Below, piece after piece: positions 13,213 through 26,300 of a stretch of 64,000 bases of DNA. The DNA lies in assembly GCA_013239625.1 (NCBI GenBank), contig MU054117.1:5111514-5175513 (forward strand). The letters are read 5' to 3'. The stretch comes from Lama guanicoe (taxonomy: Eukaryota). The notes under the pieces were generated by a model that was given only the letters and a program-made list of their open reading frames with translations, was not told the DNA's origin and searched no databases. Within the stretch, counting starts at the first letter, position 1. Each line of letters opens with the position of its first letter. A program made the translations under genes and the position numbers.

Positions 13213-15179
13213 TTTTTCTTTTTGTTTTTGTACTTTATTTTATTGAGCTATAGTCAATAACGTTGTGTCAAATTCCAGTGTAGAGCACAACTTTTCAGTT
13301 ATACATGAACATATATATATTCATTGTCATTTTTTTCACTGTGAGTTACCATAAGATCTTGTATATATTTCCCTGTGCTATACAGTATAATCTTGTTTAT
13401 CTAGTCTACATTTTGAAATCCCAGTCTGCCCTTCCCACCCCCTGCCCCCTTGGCAACCACAAGTTTGTATTCTATGTCTATGAGTCTGTTTCTGTTTCAT
13501 ATTTTTTTTAAAAATTTTTTTTTTTTTAGATTCCACATATAAGCAATCTCATATGGTATTTTTCTTTCTCTTTCTGGCTTACTTCACTTAGATTGACATT
13601 CTCCAGGAATATCCATGTAGCTGCAAATGGTGTTATGTTGTCAGTTTTTATGGCTGAATAGTATTCCATTATATAAATGTACCACATCTTCTTTATCGAG
13701 ACATCTGTTGATGGACATTTAGGCTGTTTCCATGTCTTGGCTATTGTAAATAGTGCTGCTATGAACATTGGGGTGCAGATGTCATTTTGAAGTAGGGTTC
13801 CTTCTGGATATATGCCCAGGAGCGGGATTCCTAGGTCATATGGTAAGTCTATTCCTAGTCTTTTGAGGAATCTCCATACTGTTTTCCACAGTGTCTGCAC
13901 CAAACTGCATTCCCACCAGCAGTGTAGGAGGGTTCCCTTTTCTCCACAGCCTCTCCAGCATTTGTCATTTGTGGACTTTTGAATGATGGCCATTCTGACT
14001 GGTGTGAGGTGATACCTCGTTGTAGTTTTGATTTGCATTTCTCTAATAATTAGTGATACTGAGCATTTTTTTCATGTGCCTATTGATCATTTGTATTCCT
14101 TCCTTGGAAAATTGCTTGTTTAGGTCTTTGCCCATTTTTGGATTGGGTTGTTTGGTTGTTTCTTATTAAGTCGTATGAGCTGCTTATATATTCTGGAGAT
14201 CAAGCCTTTGTTGGTTTCATTTGCAAAAATTTTCTCCCATTCCGTAGGTTGTCTTTTTGTTTTACTTACGGTTTGCTGTGCAGAAGCTTGTAAGTTTCAT
14301 TAGGTCCCATTTATTTATTCTTGCTTTTATTTCTATTGCTTGGGTAGACTGCCCTAGCAGAACATTTTTGAGATGTATGTCAGGTAATATTTTGCCTATG
14401 TTTTCTTCTAGGAGGTTTATTTTCTCTTGTTTTGTGTTTGTCTTTGATCCATTTTGAGTTTATTTTTGTGTATGGTGTAAGGGAGTGTTCTAGCTTCATT
14501 GATTTACATGTTGCTGTCCAGTTTTCCCAACACCATTTGCTGAAGAGACTGTCTTTATTCCATTGTATATTCTTGCCTCCTTTGTCGAAGATTAGTTGAC
14601 CAAAAGTTTGTGGATTCATTTCTGGGCTCTCTATTCTGTTCCATTGGTCCATATGTCTGTTTTTGTACCAATACCCTGCTATTTTGATTACTGTAGCTCT
14701 ATAGTATTGTCTGAAGTCTGGGAGAGTTATTCCTCCAGCCTCTTTCTTTTTCTTCAGTAATGTTTTTGCAATGCTAGGTCTTTTGTGACTCCATATAAAT
14801 TTTATTATGATTTGTTCTAGTTCTGTGAAATATGTCCTGGGTAATTGGATAGGGATTGCATTAAATCTGTAGATTGCCTTGGGCAGTTTGATCATTTTAA
14901 CAATATTGATTCTTCCAATCCAGTAGCATGGGATATCCTTCCATTTTTTTAAGTCTTCTTTAATTTAGTTTTCTGTGTATAAGTCTTTCACCTCCTTGGT
15001 TAGATTTATTCTTAGGTGTTTTATTACTCTGGGTGCTATTTTAAAGGGGATTGTTTCTTTCTTTCTTTTTCTGTTGATTCATCGTTAGTGTAAAGAAATG
15101 CAACTGATTTTTGAACGTTAATCTTGTAACCTGCTAACTTGCTGAATTCTTTGATTATTTCTAGCAGTTTTTGTGTCGA
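13213..15179 (-). mobile_element. 5'-truncated LINE-1 (3' ORF2 plus 3' UTR) with target-site duplication
   Basis: ORF2 C-terminal peptides ([17 protein letters not shown]..., [13 protein letters not shown]...); T-rich tail at left; TSD TCTTTGGAATTTTC (13199-13212) / TCTTTGGAACTTTC (15180-15193). Confidence 0.9.
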
Positions 15180-16227
15180 TCTTTGGAACTTTCAAAACCA
15201 AGCTCCGGGAAGGCTTGCCGTGGCACTGGTGTGGTCCCTGACCCTGGTGGGAATGCACTCGTTCCAGCCCAGGCTACAGCTACCGAAAGGACCATGCTTC
15301 TGCCGAGGCGTTGGAAACCCTGTAGCTGGGACTGAACCGAACACAAATTGGGACAGGTGGTTTTGTGACCTAAACTGAGATACTTTGAACTTCAGTGATT
15401 TTAGACTTTAACGTCTTTGAAATTTAGTTTGCAATGGAATTTGGACTTTAATTTTGGAGTTTCATAATGGGAGGGTTCTTTTATTGTTGTTCAAATTTGT
15501 GACACCCCTTAATGTTGGCATCTTACTATTGGAATTTCTTAGCACCATCATTTATGCAGAGGTCTGACAGCTATCTTATTGACATGGCTGGATGAAATTT
15601 GGGATGGGAAATGCAACAGGAAGGGAATTTCCAGCGGCATAGAACATAGTTAATGCTAGTGGATCATTCAGAATAATTTTGGGGGCTTCTGGGGCTGGTG
15701 GGGCTGGCGAACACAAGAGTGGTTGGCACTGGGTGAATGGACTGCCCTAATGAGAGTCCTAATCTCGTCTCCCAGGTACACAGCCACATCCTTGGCTGAT
15801 TATCTGCTTAATTGTCAAACCTAGCAGGTTAAAGAAAAAAGCCTTGAGAATGTTAGGGAGAAATGTTTCCACTACCTCTGATAGGCTTTCCCTGATGGAG
15901 AGAGCTCTGTGGTATGACTCTCCGTGCCATCACTTACTTTGCCCTGGGCAGGTGGAGTGACATCTAACTGGTAAAGATGGGAGAAGATCCATGATAAAGA
16001 GTACCTGGGCCCTTCTTCCTCTTGGGAGTGAGGGAGGGATCATATGTTCTCTCTTTGGGGAGGTCTCCTCTGGCCTACCATTGCCTGTGTCTCAAAAGAT
16101 AATTCTGTTTAATTCTGGGTTCGTTAGCCACCATTTGGCTTTTATACTAGGCTACTTCCTCCATCTTGGCCTTTATGGGTTTTAAAGAGAAGATTTTGGC
16201 CTCCATTTACTGCTTTTTAAAAATTGC

Positions 16228-16352
16228 TATTTTTATTTTTTGGCCGGGGGTAGGTAATTAGGTTTAATTTTTGGAGGAGGTACTGGGGATTGAATCCAGG
16301 ACCTCGTGCATGCTAACCATGCACTGAACCACTTGAGCTATACCTTCTCCTC
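16228..16352 (-). mobile_element. tRNA-derived SINE (Vic-1-like)
   Basis: Reverse copy: GGTAATTAGGTTT...GTACTGGGGATTGAATCCAGGACCTC...GAGCTATAC. Confidence 0.8.
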
Positions 16353-16504
16353 TGGTGCTTTTGTTTTCTCAGTTTCTCTAGAACTTGGGATGGGAAGAGG
16401 GAGGCTATTATCCAGACCCTTTGGAGACTCTAACATTGAGAATATGAGAGTTACGACTCTGAGTAACACTAGTGATTTTTTTATAAAATGCCCTATTCGT
16501 ATTG

Positions 16505-16625
16505 AGAGAAGAAAGCGTAGCTCAAGTGGTAGAGCACATGCTTAGCTTGCAGGAGGCCCTGGGTTCAATCCCCACTACTTTCCCTAAAAATAAACCTAAT
16601 TACCTCCCCCTGTAAAATAAAATAA
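16505..16625 (+). mobile_element. tRNA-derived SINE (Vic-1-like)
   Basis: Same consensus; flanked by TSD AAATGCCCTATTC. Confidence 0.8.
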
Positions 16626-18984
16626 AATGCCCTATTCATTTTGATGTCTGTGTGTGTTAGTTGTACTTAATATTAACATGTAAGGTTCTAATTTCTGGTT
16701 TGTATATCTACATTATTACACCAGCGTGTTGCAGAGCACCCTGCGGGTGACAATAAGGACCAGCGTTTTTATGAATCCTAACGATACTGGGCACATTCGG
16801 TAACATGGCACCTGCTCTGTCAAGACTGTCACTGTAAGTGTCTTGGCTTCAGTCCTTGTTGAACTGGGGAAGGAGATGGGGCCCAGAGATGCCATTAGAT
16901 GTATGATTTATTGTCTCCTCGGAGGTTTAGAGAGAAAAATAAAATATTTCACTTGGATGGCAAAATTGAAGAAGGGAGGACAAAACGTAGGTGTGGGTAG
17001 AAGAAAGTCACCGATTTTTCTGGTGAGTATTGAATTCAGAAGGAGAAGGAGAGGAAGCCCTGGGCAATTTGGTAAGATTTGGCTCTTTCTATTTCTCCCT
17101 GTATATTGAAGCTTGGTCCGAAGCTCTTGTGGAGGAAGATGCTGGTATGGCTGCTGTCAGTGTTTGGAGATGAAGTTATTATTGTTTATTTATTAAGTGG
17201 TTACTGAGTGCTGGATAGATGCTGAAAGCTTAGCATCCATGATCTCATCTAATCATGACCACAACAGGCCCTGACAGTGATAGCTGTCTGAGGTCAGCGA
17301 TGTTATTCCCGTTTCACACATGATGAAGCTCAGAGAGGTTAAATAAGTTTGCGAAGGTGACACAGCTCAAAGCAGCTAGTAGATGGTCTAAACTCATTGG
17401 CGCAGTCATTTAGTCATTCATTTCTCAGGTACTCACTGAGCATTGTTCTCAATTGCAAGAAGCAGAAACCAGCTCTGGTAGATGTTAGCAGAAGAAGAAT
17501 TTATTAAATGTGTCCTGGGTTGCTCACAGAAATGCCAGGCGAGCTGGAGAGACAAGTGTGGACGCTTCACAGTTGCTCCGGAGCTGCTGGTCTGGTGAGA
17601 GACACACTTCCTGCACTTGCATCTTCTCTCCTGGGAGGTGGGCTCTGTTCCCAAGACTCATGATGAGGAACTGCCCAACGTGGTCTAAAGAGGTTCAAGT
17701 GCTGAGCACCACAGGAAAACAGATGGTCGTCTGCACATCTTCTGTGTGAGTGATGCTGCGAGATCAAGGTGAATCCGACCCAGAACTTGCCTGCAGAGAG
17801 CTTATAGACTCATAATTCTCTTCCTTTTAACGTGTGCATTTATTTGGCACCATAGTTTGCAAAGCTCTTTCACTCTCATTGTTTCATTAGCTCTTCCCAA
17901 AAGCCATGGAGGGTAGACAGAACTGATATGATCTCTATTTTATACTTAAAGAAGCTAAGAATTTAGGTGATGAGCCCAAGGTCTCACTGCTGATGGTGCG
18001 AGGACTGGCCTGTCCTCTGACGCCAGGCCCAAGGCTGAGTCAACCAGAGGTAAGACATGATCACAAACACTGTACTTCATCGACTCCTAGGCACGTGGTT
18101 TTCCTCCACATGTTAACACTTCTGGAATCAGAATGCATCTTATAGTCAATAGGGTATCATAGTTTAATTGGCAGCTTTTTTTTATTCCTAGTGGTATGTA
18201 AAACAAGGGAGCATCTGCACTCAATGAAGCTGTAGATTTATTGGAATACGGCCACTGAGATGGGGTGGAAAGCGATGAGAGACAGAGGAGAGCTGGATGG
18301 TCAGGGAAGGGTCTGTGGAGGAATTGTCACAGGCCCACCATCCCTGGGTCCCTTATCTGAAACTTTGACTTCTACAAGCCTCTGGAAACAAAATGTTTTG
18401 CTTTTTTTTCCTTCCAAATTTGACACCAAAATTCCTTTGTCAACAAAACCTGACCTGAATGGATGTGAAGTAATTTATAACTCTAAGTAATTTATTAATG
18501 TAATACCTAATGATAACTAAATGATAACTTTAGTTATTCTACTTACTGCAAAGATCAACATGTCTAGCTGCAGAAATAATGTTTGATGATGGAGAGTCAT
18601 CCCAGCCCCTTGAGCGGAGGTCCGTATACTGCATGGTCTTTTTAAACTCTGTGACATTCTGAATTTTGAAGCATTTCTGGACCCAGGGGTGATGGATAAG
18701 GGACTCTGGATGGCATCTGAACTGGGGGTTGATTGGTGAATAGAATTTAAGTGTTCAGAGATGTGGAGGGAATTTTAGGAAGAGGGAAAAGCATCATCAC
18801 ACAGCGGCTTGGGTCTAGCTATGTCACTATTCAGCCATTGTATCTGCTCTAAAGGCAGGGATGACCTGCATTTCTGATAACTATTCTACCTTAATTCGTG
18901 ATTCTTACACAGCTGGAGGGTTGGACTTCTCGGGTTTGGCTTTTCCCTACAGTATTAATCCTCTCCTTTTCCCACAAGTCACCT

Positions 18985-19215
18985 GACTTCCCCGAAAAGT
19001 CTGTTAACACACCCTTTGGCTTAAAAAGAGCATTAGGCAATTGGTGAAAGTCCCCAGTTCGCGCCCTGTAGTCCTGGACAGAGGAATCATAGGCCCGAGA
19101 GAAGTGTGTAATTCTTGTTCCAAAAGCAGAGGGAGCTCCAAGATCAAGGTTGAGTTCCCCTTTCCCTGTGCTTGGTCTCCCAGCCCCCTCTTTGTTTGGA
19201 TCAGGGAATTTCAGA
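18985..19215 (+). promoter_or_regulatory. C1S: C1S proximal promoter with GAS, C/EBP and NF-kB-like motifs
   Basis: TTCCCCGAA (18988-18996), ATTAGGCAAT (19032-19041), GAAAGTCCCC (19046-19055), GGGAATTTC (19204-19212), just upstream of exon 1. Confidence 0.5.
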
Positions 19216-19253
19216 CATGCACTCTGGGGTGGAGGATCAGAGGAACAGAACCA

Positions 19254-19398
19254 GGACAGGGAGGCCGGCAGAGGGTCCTGCAGAGGGAGCGCCCAGGTCC
19301 TGCGCTGCTCTTCCTGGGGGCCGGCAGGCAGGGTGGCCTGGCATGCCCACTGGCAGGAGAGAGGGGACCGATCCACTTACTCCCATCAGCTTCTGAAG
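19254..19398 (+). other. C1S: C1S non-coding exon 1 (5' UTR; start approximate)
   Basis: Resembles the human C1S 5' UTR as recalled; ends at donor TTCTGAAG|GTAAAA; exon 2 acceptor CCCTTTAG| at 20308. Confidence 0.65.
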
Positions 19399-20345
19399 GT
19401 AAAAACCTTAAAATCGAAGAGCAGAGCTTTGATGGAGGAAAAGGAAGGCAGAAAACTTCATGTAGGAAGGTTTCGGGCAAAGATGGAGGGCTGGGAAGAG
19501 CAGAACCAAGAGAAGGCAGACTACAGACAGCCTATTTCTCTTAGGTTGCCCCGCATCCACTCCCATGTCACCCCACCACCTCCCACTGTTTTCAGGGTTA
19601 GATATATATTTGGCATGACTTTTATAGGAACTCTGGGGAGATGCCTTGTCTTTTTAGTAAAAAAAAAGAAACCTGGAAAATTAAGGTGGGAAATTGAAGG
19701 AACAGTTTTCCTTCCCTTTTATGTTTCCTGTCATCCAGCTTTTCTCCTTCCCCATCCAACCCTGTCCAAGACCACTTCTCCCAAGGTCACTGCCTTTCCC
19801 TAGGAACAGACGCTCATCCAGCAATCTTTGGGAACATCAGCAGAAATATATGCAATAATGAACACAGTAAAGAGCTGGTTTGAAGTGATAAGGCTGGTCA
19901 TTGTCAAAAGAGGAGGGAGGAGTGTCCTAGATGGATGCTCATGAAGGGGAAAGACTCCTGAAACCTGGAGTGGAAATGGGGATGTTTTGTGAGGGCAGGA
20001 GAGAGACTGATTGAATCAGGGCTGGGGTTGGGTTGGGGTGAGGAAGGAGAACAGAAGACGAAGAAAGCACTGAGTATTTTGGAGCAAAACTGGGAAAAGG
20101 CCCCAAGAAGCCATGGGAGAAGGATGAGGTTTAGCTTCAGTCTAGAAGCTGGGAGAGCGTGAGAGGACGGGTGTCGTAGGGTGATGATTAGTGACATGGC
20201 TCCGTATAACCTGCGTGTTATTCCTACGAAGGTGACACTGACCCTGACCACCAAAGCAGGTGCCTGTGTTTGTTAGACAAATACAGCAAGGCCTGCCACC
20301 CCTTTAGCGCCAAAGTCCGGAGGTGCAGAGAGCCAGGACCGAGGG

Positions 20346-20368
20346 ATGGACAAATCGCCAGAGATGTG
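20346..20368 (+). CDS. C1S: C1S exon 2 coding part (MDKSPE-MW)
   Basis: ATGGACAAATCGCCAGAGATGTG|GTAAGT. Confidence 0.85.
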
Positions 20369-23300
20369 GTAAGTGATCACCAGTCTACAGAGAAGCACAC
20401 GGTCTCCAGTCCCTTCACCTTCTCAAGAAAACGGCTCTGAAGCCTGGGTTTTGGGTTGACCTAGGCCTTTTTGGTTTATTCCAACCCAAGTTTCCCTCCG
20501 TGTGCTGTTGGCCCTCTCCTTCCCCCTCCATCCTCCCTGTGCCAGTCTGCTGCCACCTGGGTCACCCAGCTCTCCATATGCCTTTTTTTCCCAGGTGCAT
20601 TGTCCTGTTGCCTCTTTTGGCATGGGTTTATGCCGAGCCCACTATGTATGGGGAGATCGTGTCCCCCAACTATCCTCAGGCATACCCCAATGAGGTAGAC
20701 AAGTCTTGGGACATAGAAGTTCCTGAAGGGTACGGGATCCACCTCTACTTCACCCATCTGGATGTGGAGCTGTCGGAGAACTGCGCGTACGACTCGGTGC
20801 AGGTATACTGCAATCAGCACACAAAGTCAGGGCGGGGCTGGTGGAATGAGAGGTGTGGGAAGGGGTGCCACAGACATGCAGTGAGCTGGAGTCAAGCAGC
20901 CCTACGGTGGGAAATGGTCTAGCCTCTCCGCCCCCTTTTCTCTGAGCTCCCTACCAAAATGTTACCCTTTCCTAGCTTCTTTTTGACTCTTCTCTTAGAT
21001 AATGTCAGGAGGGATTGAAGAAGGGAAACTCTGTGGACAGAGGACCAGCAAGAGTCCCAACTCTCCCGTGGTGGAAGAGTTCCACATCTCGAACAATAAA
21101 CTCCAGGTGATCTTTAGGTCGGACTTCTCCAACGAAGAGCGGTTCACTGGGTTTGCTGCCTACTATACTGCTGTGGGTAAGGCTCACTCTTCTGTGTGCC
21201 TCATTGATCAGCTACAAGGTTATGAGCATTTCAAACATTGAGCAATGCAGGAAATGAGGATTCTGTTTACAGCTCTTATGAAGTGTTGGCTTGGCTTGGA
21301 TCCCTCCATGAATTGCCTTTGTGACATTCAAACACATAATTGTATCTTGGTGATGATGATGATAAAGATGAAAATAGATAATAAATAGTAACTTATCGAG
21401 AACCACTATGAACTGGCCACTGTGTTAGAAATTTTACCTATATTAATTTGTTTGTTTGGTTTTTGTTTTAAAAATTTTTTTATTGAAGTGTAATTGATTT
21501 ACAGTGTTAGTTTCAGGTGTACAGCAAAGTGATTCAGTTATACATATACATACATGCAAGTATTTTTCCTTTCAGATTCTTTTCCATTATATGTTATTAT
21601 AAGAAATTGAGTATAGCTCCCTGTGCTATACAGTAGGTCCTTGTCATTTATCTACTTTATATAATGTTTATTAATTTAATCTTCACCTCAGCTGTTCAAA
21701 GGAGGTGTTATTATTGCCACTTAAAGATAAGGAAAGTAAGGACTAAGAAAGTTAGGGACTAAGAAAGTTAAATAACTTGCCAAGACTCGCAAAAGGAATG
21801 TATGGTATTCAAACCCATTTAATGCATGGCAAACAAACTTTCAAATTCTGTGTACATCTACGTCTGTCTCCAGGATAAGATGAAGTTAGAACATCTCATA
21901 AAGCCAAAGTATTGTTTAGATTTGACAGAAACGCTAACATCATATAGAGTATTGCATGGACTAATGGTTCCTCCCTGCAGAAGATTTACCACGTTAAGCT
22001 TGCAGAGTGTTGTCTCTGGAGCTGAAATGCTCTGTTTGTGAGAAAGGTCAAAGGTCTCTGGCGTTGAGAAATCCCCTATAGCCATGCGTAGGGCGCAACT
22101 CTGGAATCATATTTCAGGAGAGTAATACAGGGTAAGACCATCTTGAAATGTGATTCACTGAATGTCTTTAAGCAACAGACCCTCCCTACTTTTCTTACCC
22201 TTGTAGTTTTGGGTTTAACCTCATTCTTCCTTCTAGGTCTTTGCCCTTGACCTCAATCCTCCTCTGCTCTTTGTAGATATAAATGAGTGCACAGACTTTG
22301 CAGATGCCCCTTGTAGCCACTTCTGCAACAACTACATTGGTGGTTACTTCTGCTCCTGCCCCCCTGAATACTTCCTCCATGAAGACAAGAGAAACTGCGG
22401 AGGTGAGCCTGGCATCAAAAGGGGTACATGTTCCCTGGGATTTGGAATGGTTTGAGGCTTCGGTAAGGGGTTTGTCTACCCTTCCAATTTTGATTAGCCT
22501 CAGCCCTGACTTGATGTCTATTTTTAGTTACCCATAAACTGCGGGAGAGCCACAAGAGTGGAGGAAGAGACGCCTACAGGGTCAAGTTAATTAATTGGGA
22601 AAGAGAGATAGGTGCCTGTGACGAGTTAATCTGGGGCTCTTCATAACCAGGAAAGACTCTATTATAAGCAATGTGATGGAAGCCCATAGGTGTTGGGTAC
22701 TCTACTAACACGCATCGAGTGTATAACTGCGGCCTGTGGGCTTCTGTCGGGACTATCAGATCATGAGAAGAATCATAGAAAAGGGCAGGAACTCCTCTGC
22801 TTGACCCTGTATTTGATTCTCCTTTTGTCTTTTTCCTTCTCAGTCAATTGCAGTGGGGATGTATTCACTACTCTGACCGGGGAGATCACAAGTGCCAATT
22901 ACCCCAATCCATACCCGGAGAACTCAAGGTGTGATTATCAGATCCTGTTGGAGGAGGGGTTCCAAGTGGTGGTAACTCTGCGGAGAGAAGACTTTGATGT
23001 GGAACCAGCTGATTCAGAGGGCCACTGCCCTGACAGCTTAATTGTGCGTGACGGGTGATGAACTTTTCTTCCAACTCACAGAGAGGTTTCTCCTTGAAGG
23101 CACATTATCTTGCTTTATGCCTCTTCTTTTTTTCCCCTCCGACTTCTTATTTCATTTTACTTTCATCCCCTCCATTTTACCTTTTTCTTTTAGTTCTTTC
23201 TCTCTTCTGATTTCATCATTTTGTTTCTCTTCAGTTTGTTGCAGGAAACCAGCATTTTGGTCCTTACTGTGGTAATGGATTTCCTGGGCCACTAACTATT

Positions 23301-26300
23301 GAAACCAACAGTAATACCCTTAATGTCATCTTCCAAACTGACAGCACAGAGCAGAAAAAGGGCTGGAGATTTCGTTATCATGGAGATCGTGAGTAACCTA
23401 GACTCTGCTGTTTGGTCGGTGGTACCAAAGTCTCCCTGCACAATGTAAAATCAAAACAGATAGATTACTGTACGGATAGGTACAGTAGTTACTGAGATAC
23501 CTTCCTCAGCAAGATCTGAACCTGTCAGTGGTTGCTAGGAATGCCTCAATTGCAGGAACTCTTCACCTGGACTTGCGAATGCAGATAGCTTGGGGGTGGT
23601 TAGTTGGTAATGCCATATTATTTGAGACACTTCCACATTGGAATCTGGGCATCAGGAGTGAGGATGACTGGACAACTGAACAACTGCAGACAGTGTGAGA
23701 ATGATATCAATATAATAGAGAATCTCCAGCTATTTGGTAAAATTTTTTTCCTATTCTCTCCAAGCAATCCCTTGTCCTAAGGAAGTCACTGCCAATTCTT
23801 TTTGGGAGCCTGAGAAAGCAAAATACGTGTTCAGAGATGTGGTGAAGATAACCTGTCTGGATGGGTTTGAGATTGTACAGGTAAAGTACTGTTGGAGGCT
23901 TCTCTCTAATCCGTAGGTTAGGGTGAGCATCCTGGGGTTGTCTAATCATTTACTGGATGTCCTCGTTTGAGCAAAGTATGACATCTTTTCCATAAAGAGA
24001 ACTTCTCAGGATCTTCAGTTCTTTCTTGTGAGTCACGGAGCTGCTTGGACAGCTTGACATTTAATTTTTGCCTTCAGTGTTCCTGGGGAAGGGGGTGCTG
24101 TGGCAAAGTTGTCTTGTAGCCCCAGCTCCTGGGTGCTTTGGGTCATTCTGCTAAGATGTCCCCAGGCTTCTTGTGGTGAGGACTCCCCATTGATCCAAGG
24201 GCAGAGATGGAGTCCATTTTTGATCTTGATTCCCCATATCTCTCTGTTGGGTTAATGGTGATGTCTGTTCCTCTCCAGGGCAGTGCTAGCTCGACATCTG
24301 TCTATTCTACTTGCCAAAGCAATGGAAAGTGGAGTAATTCCAAACTGAGGTGTCAACGTACGTATCTCCTTAAAATGGAGCTCTCTTTTTTCTCTTCTCA
24401 CAAAGGAAATTGAAAGATTAGTGCATTAAGATTCAAATGCACGGTGTCCTCTTAGGCTTGTGAGAGAGTGGATTCAGTTTTAGAAGGGAAGTCAGTCATG
24501 CAGTCCCAGCCCTGATCTGAGCCCAGGCCAGTCACACTAGCAGTTTTCTTTCAAAGAAAGGGGCCATGAGATTGGTAGAGTTAATAGCACCATATGGGTC
24601 CATTCCTGGAGAGGCCTCACCAACCACCGAGAACCAGGTTCATCCTTCTAGCTTTCAAGGCGCTATCTGAAATGGCAGGACTCAGCACGCTGGGAGTTGG
24701 GAGATGCCAGCTGGAGAGCATGGCCACATAGAAGCTGGTGTGGGGAGATTCATCCCTAGTGTGCTTATGATTTTGGGGGGTAGGGAAGGAGTGAGGAACA
24801 TGGCTTGGAGGATGGAACTGTCCCAGCGACTCTTCCTGGAAGGAAGCAATCATCCTGACCATCACTCTCCTGCCTTCCTTTTGCAGCTGTGGACTGTGGC
24901 TCTCCCGAACCCATTCGGAATGGTAAATTTGAAGAACCAGAAGATACCCTGTTCGGTTCTGTCATTCGCTACACTTGTGAGGAGAAATATTACTACATGG
25001 AAATTAAAGGAAGTGGTAGGTTTCTTTGACTAAAGAAAAGATAAAGAGTGAGTGTGTCGGAGAGTGACTAGCACAATTTTTCTGGGTTGGAGAGAGTTTG
25101 GAGACAAATGAAGGTGATGAGCTAGATTTCATCTTCTTGGCTTAGTCTGAAGACACGGTTTTCATCTGGGGCAGGATAGGTTCTAAAGGATCATCCATAG
25201 CAGATCATGGAGGTCACCTAGCTCGGCTTCACTACTGTGGCAGGAACTCCCCCTATAATGTCCATTTTCATGTGGTTTTCCAGCTTTTGACCAGTTATTT
25301 AATGTAGAACCCACGGGAGTAATGCTTCCAGCTTCAAGTCACTGTTCTATGACGACTGACTTTCTTGATGGAGAGGCCTTGGTGGTGCCAGATGAAGGGC
25401 GATGGTTCACAATGTGTCCCATTTCATTGCTTCTAATTTAGTTAATTTTCCCACTTGATGCACTTTCCCAGTCTCTGCCATAACCCTCTTCCTTCTGCTT
25501 TGGAGACGGTTCCTCCCTCTTCTTTGGCAGGATGGGGGCCAGAGGCAGTGTTTGCAGGATGTTCTCAAGATCTTTTTCTAGTTGGTTTGATCCCATTGCC
25601 TCCTCAAATCCCAGAGCGTAGAGGCTCTCAGCGAAAGGGGGGATGGAAAGCGGGAGGAGGTGGTGGTGAGTGTGTCCCTTGTCCCTTGTTCTGTTCCAGA
25701 GGAATATCGCTGTGCTGGCAACGGCAGCTGGGTGAATGAGCTGCTGGGGACAGAGCTGCCAAAATGTGTTCCAGGTAATCAGGGCTCAGACTTAGGGAGA
25801 GACCACAGCCACAGGCGCTGGTGCATGGGGCTCACAGTCTAAAAGTGGCTGTAATCCTCTTGGGAAAGGACTTGACAATCTGGGCCTACCAGAGTCCAGC
25901 TCAGTGCAGGGGAGACAAGGCTGGGCAGTGGGCCTGCAGGGGCCTTGGGGACTTCACCAACCACACGAAGTCAGGCCAGCTGATGGGAAAGAGGAAAGTC
26001 AACCAGTGACAGTGGTGTCAGAGTCTGAGTCAGTTAGGTTTGGTAATGTGGGTGTAGTAAGGGGATCTAGAATTGTTAAAAACAGCGCCTGCAAACTGGT
26101 GAGGAACTGACACTCGGAAACAAGACTAGTTGAATAGCTTAGTCATTGTGTTTAAAGTCTGCATGGCAACAAGATACAGAGGGATAAAGAAATAAAGGGC
26201 TGAGTAGAGTTCAGAATGGAGCAGAAGAAGGCTCTTAAAGCCATAATAATACTATTGATATTAATATTATACCATATTATTATACCATAATAATGATCCT

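Noticed and set aside
18891..19803. 161-217 aa ORFs over the C1S promoter and exon 1
   Set aside because: Chance ORFs in GC-rich promoter/UTR sequence; they cross the exon 1 donor
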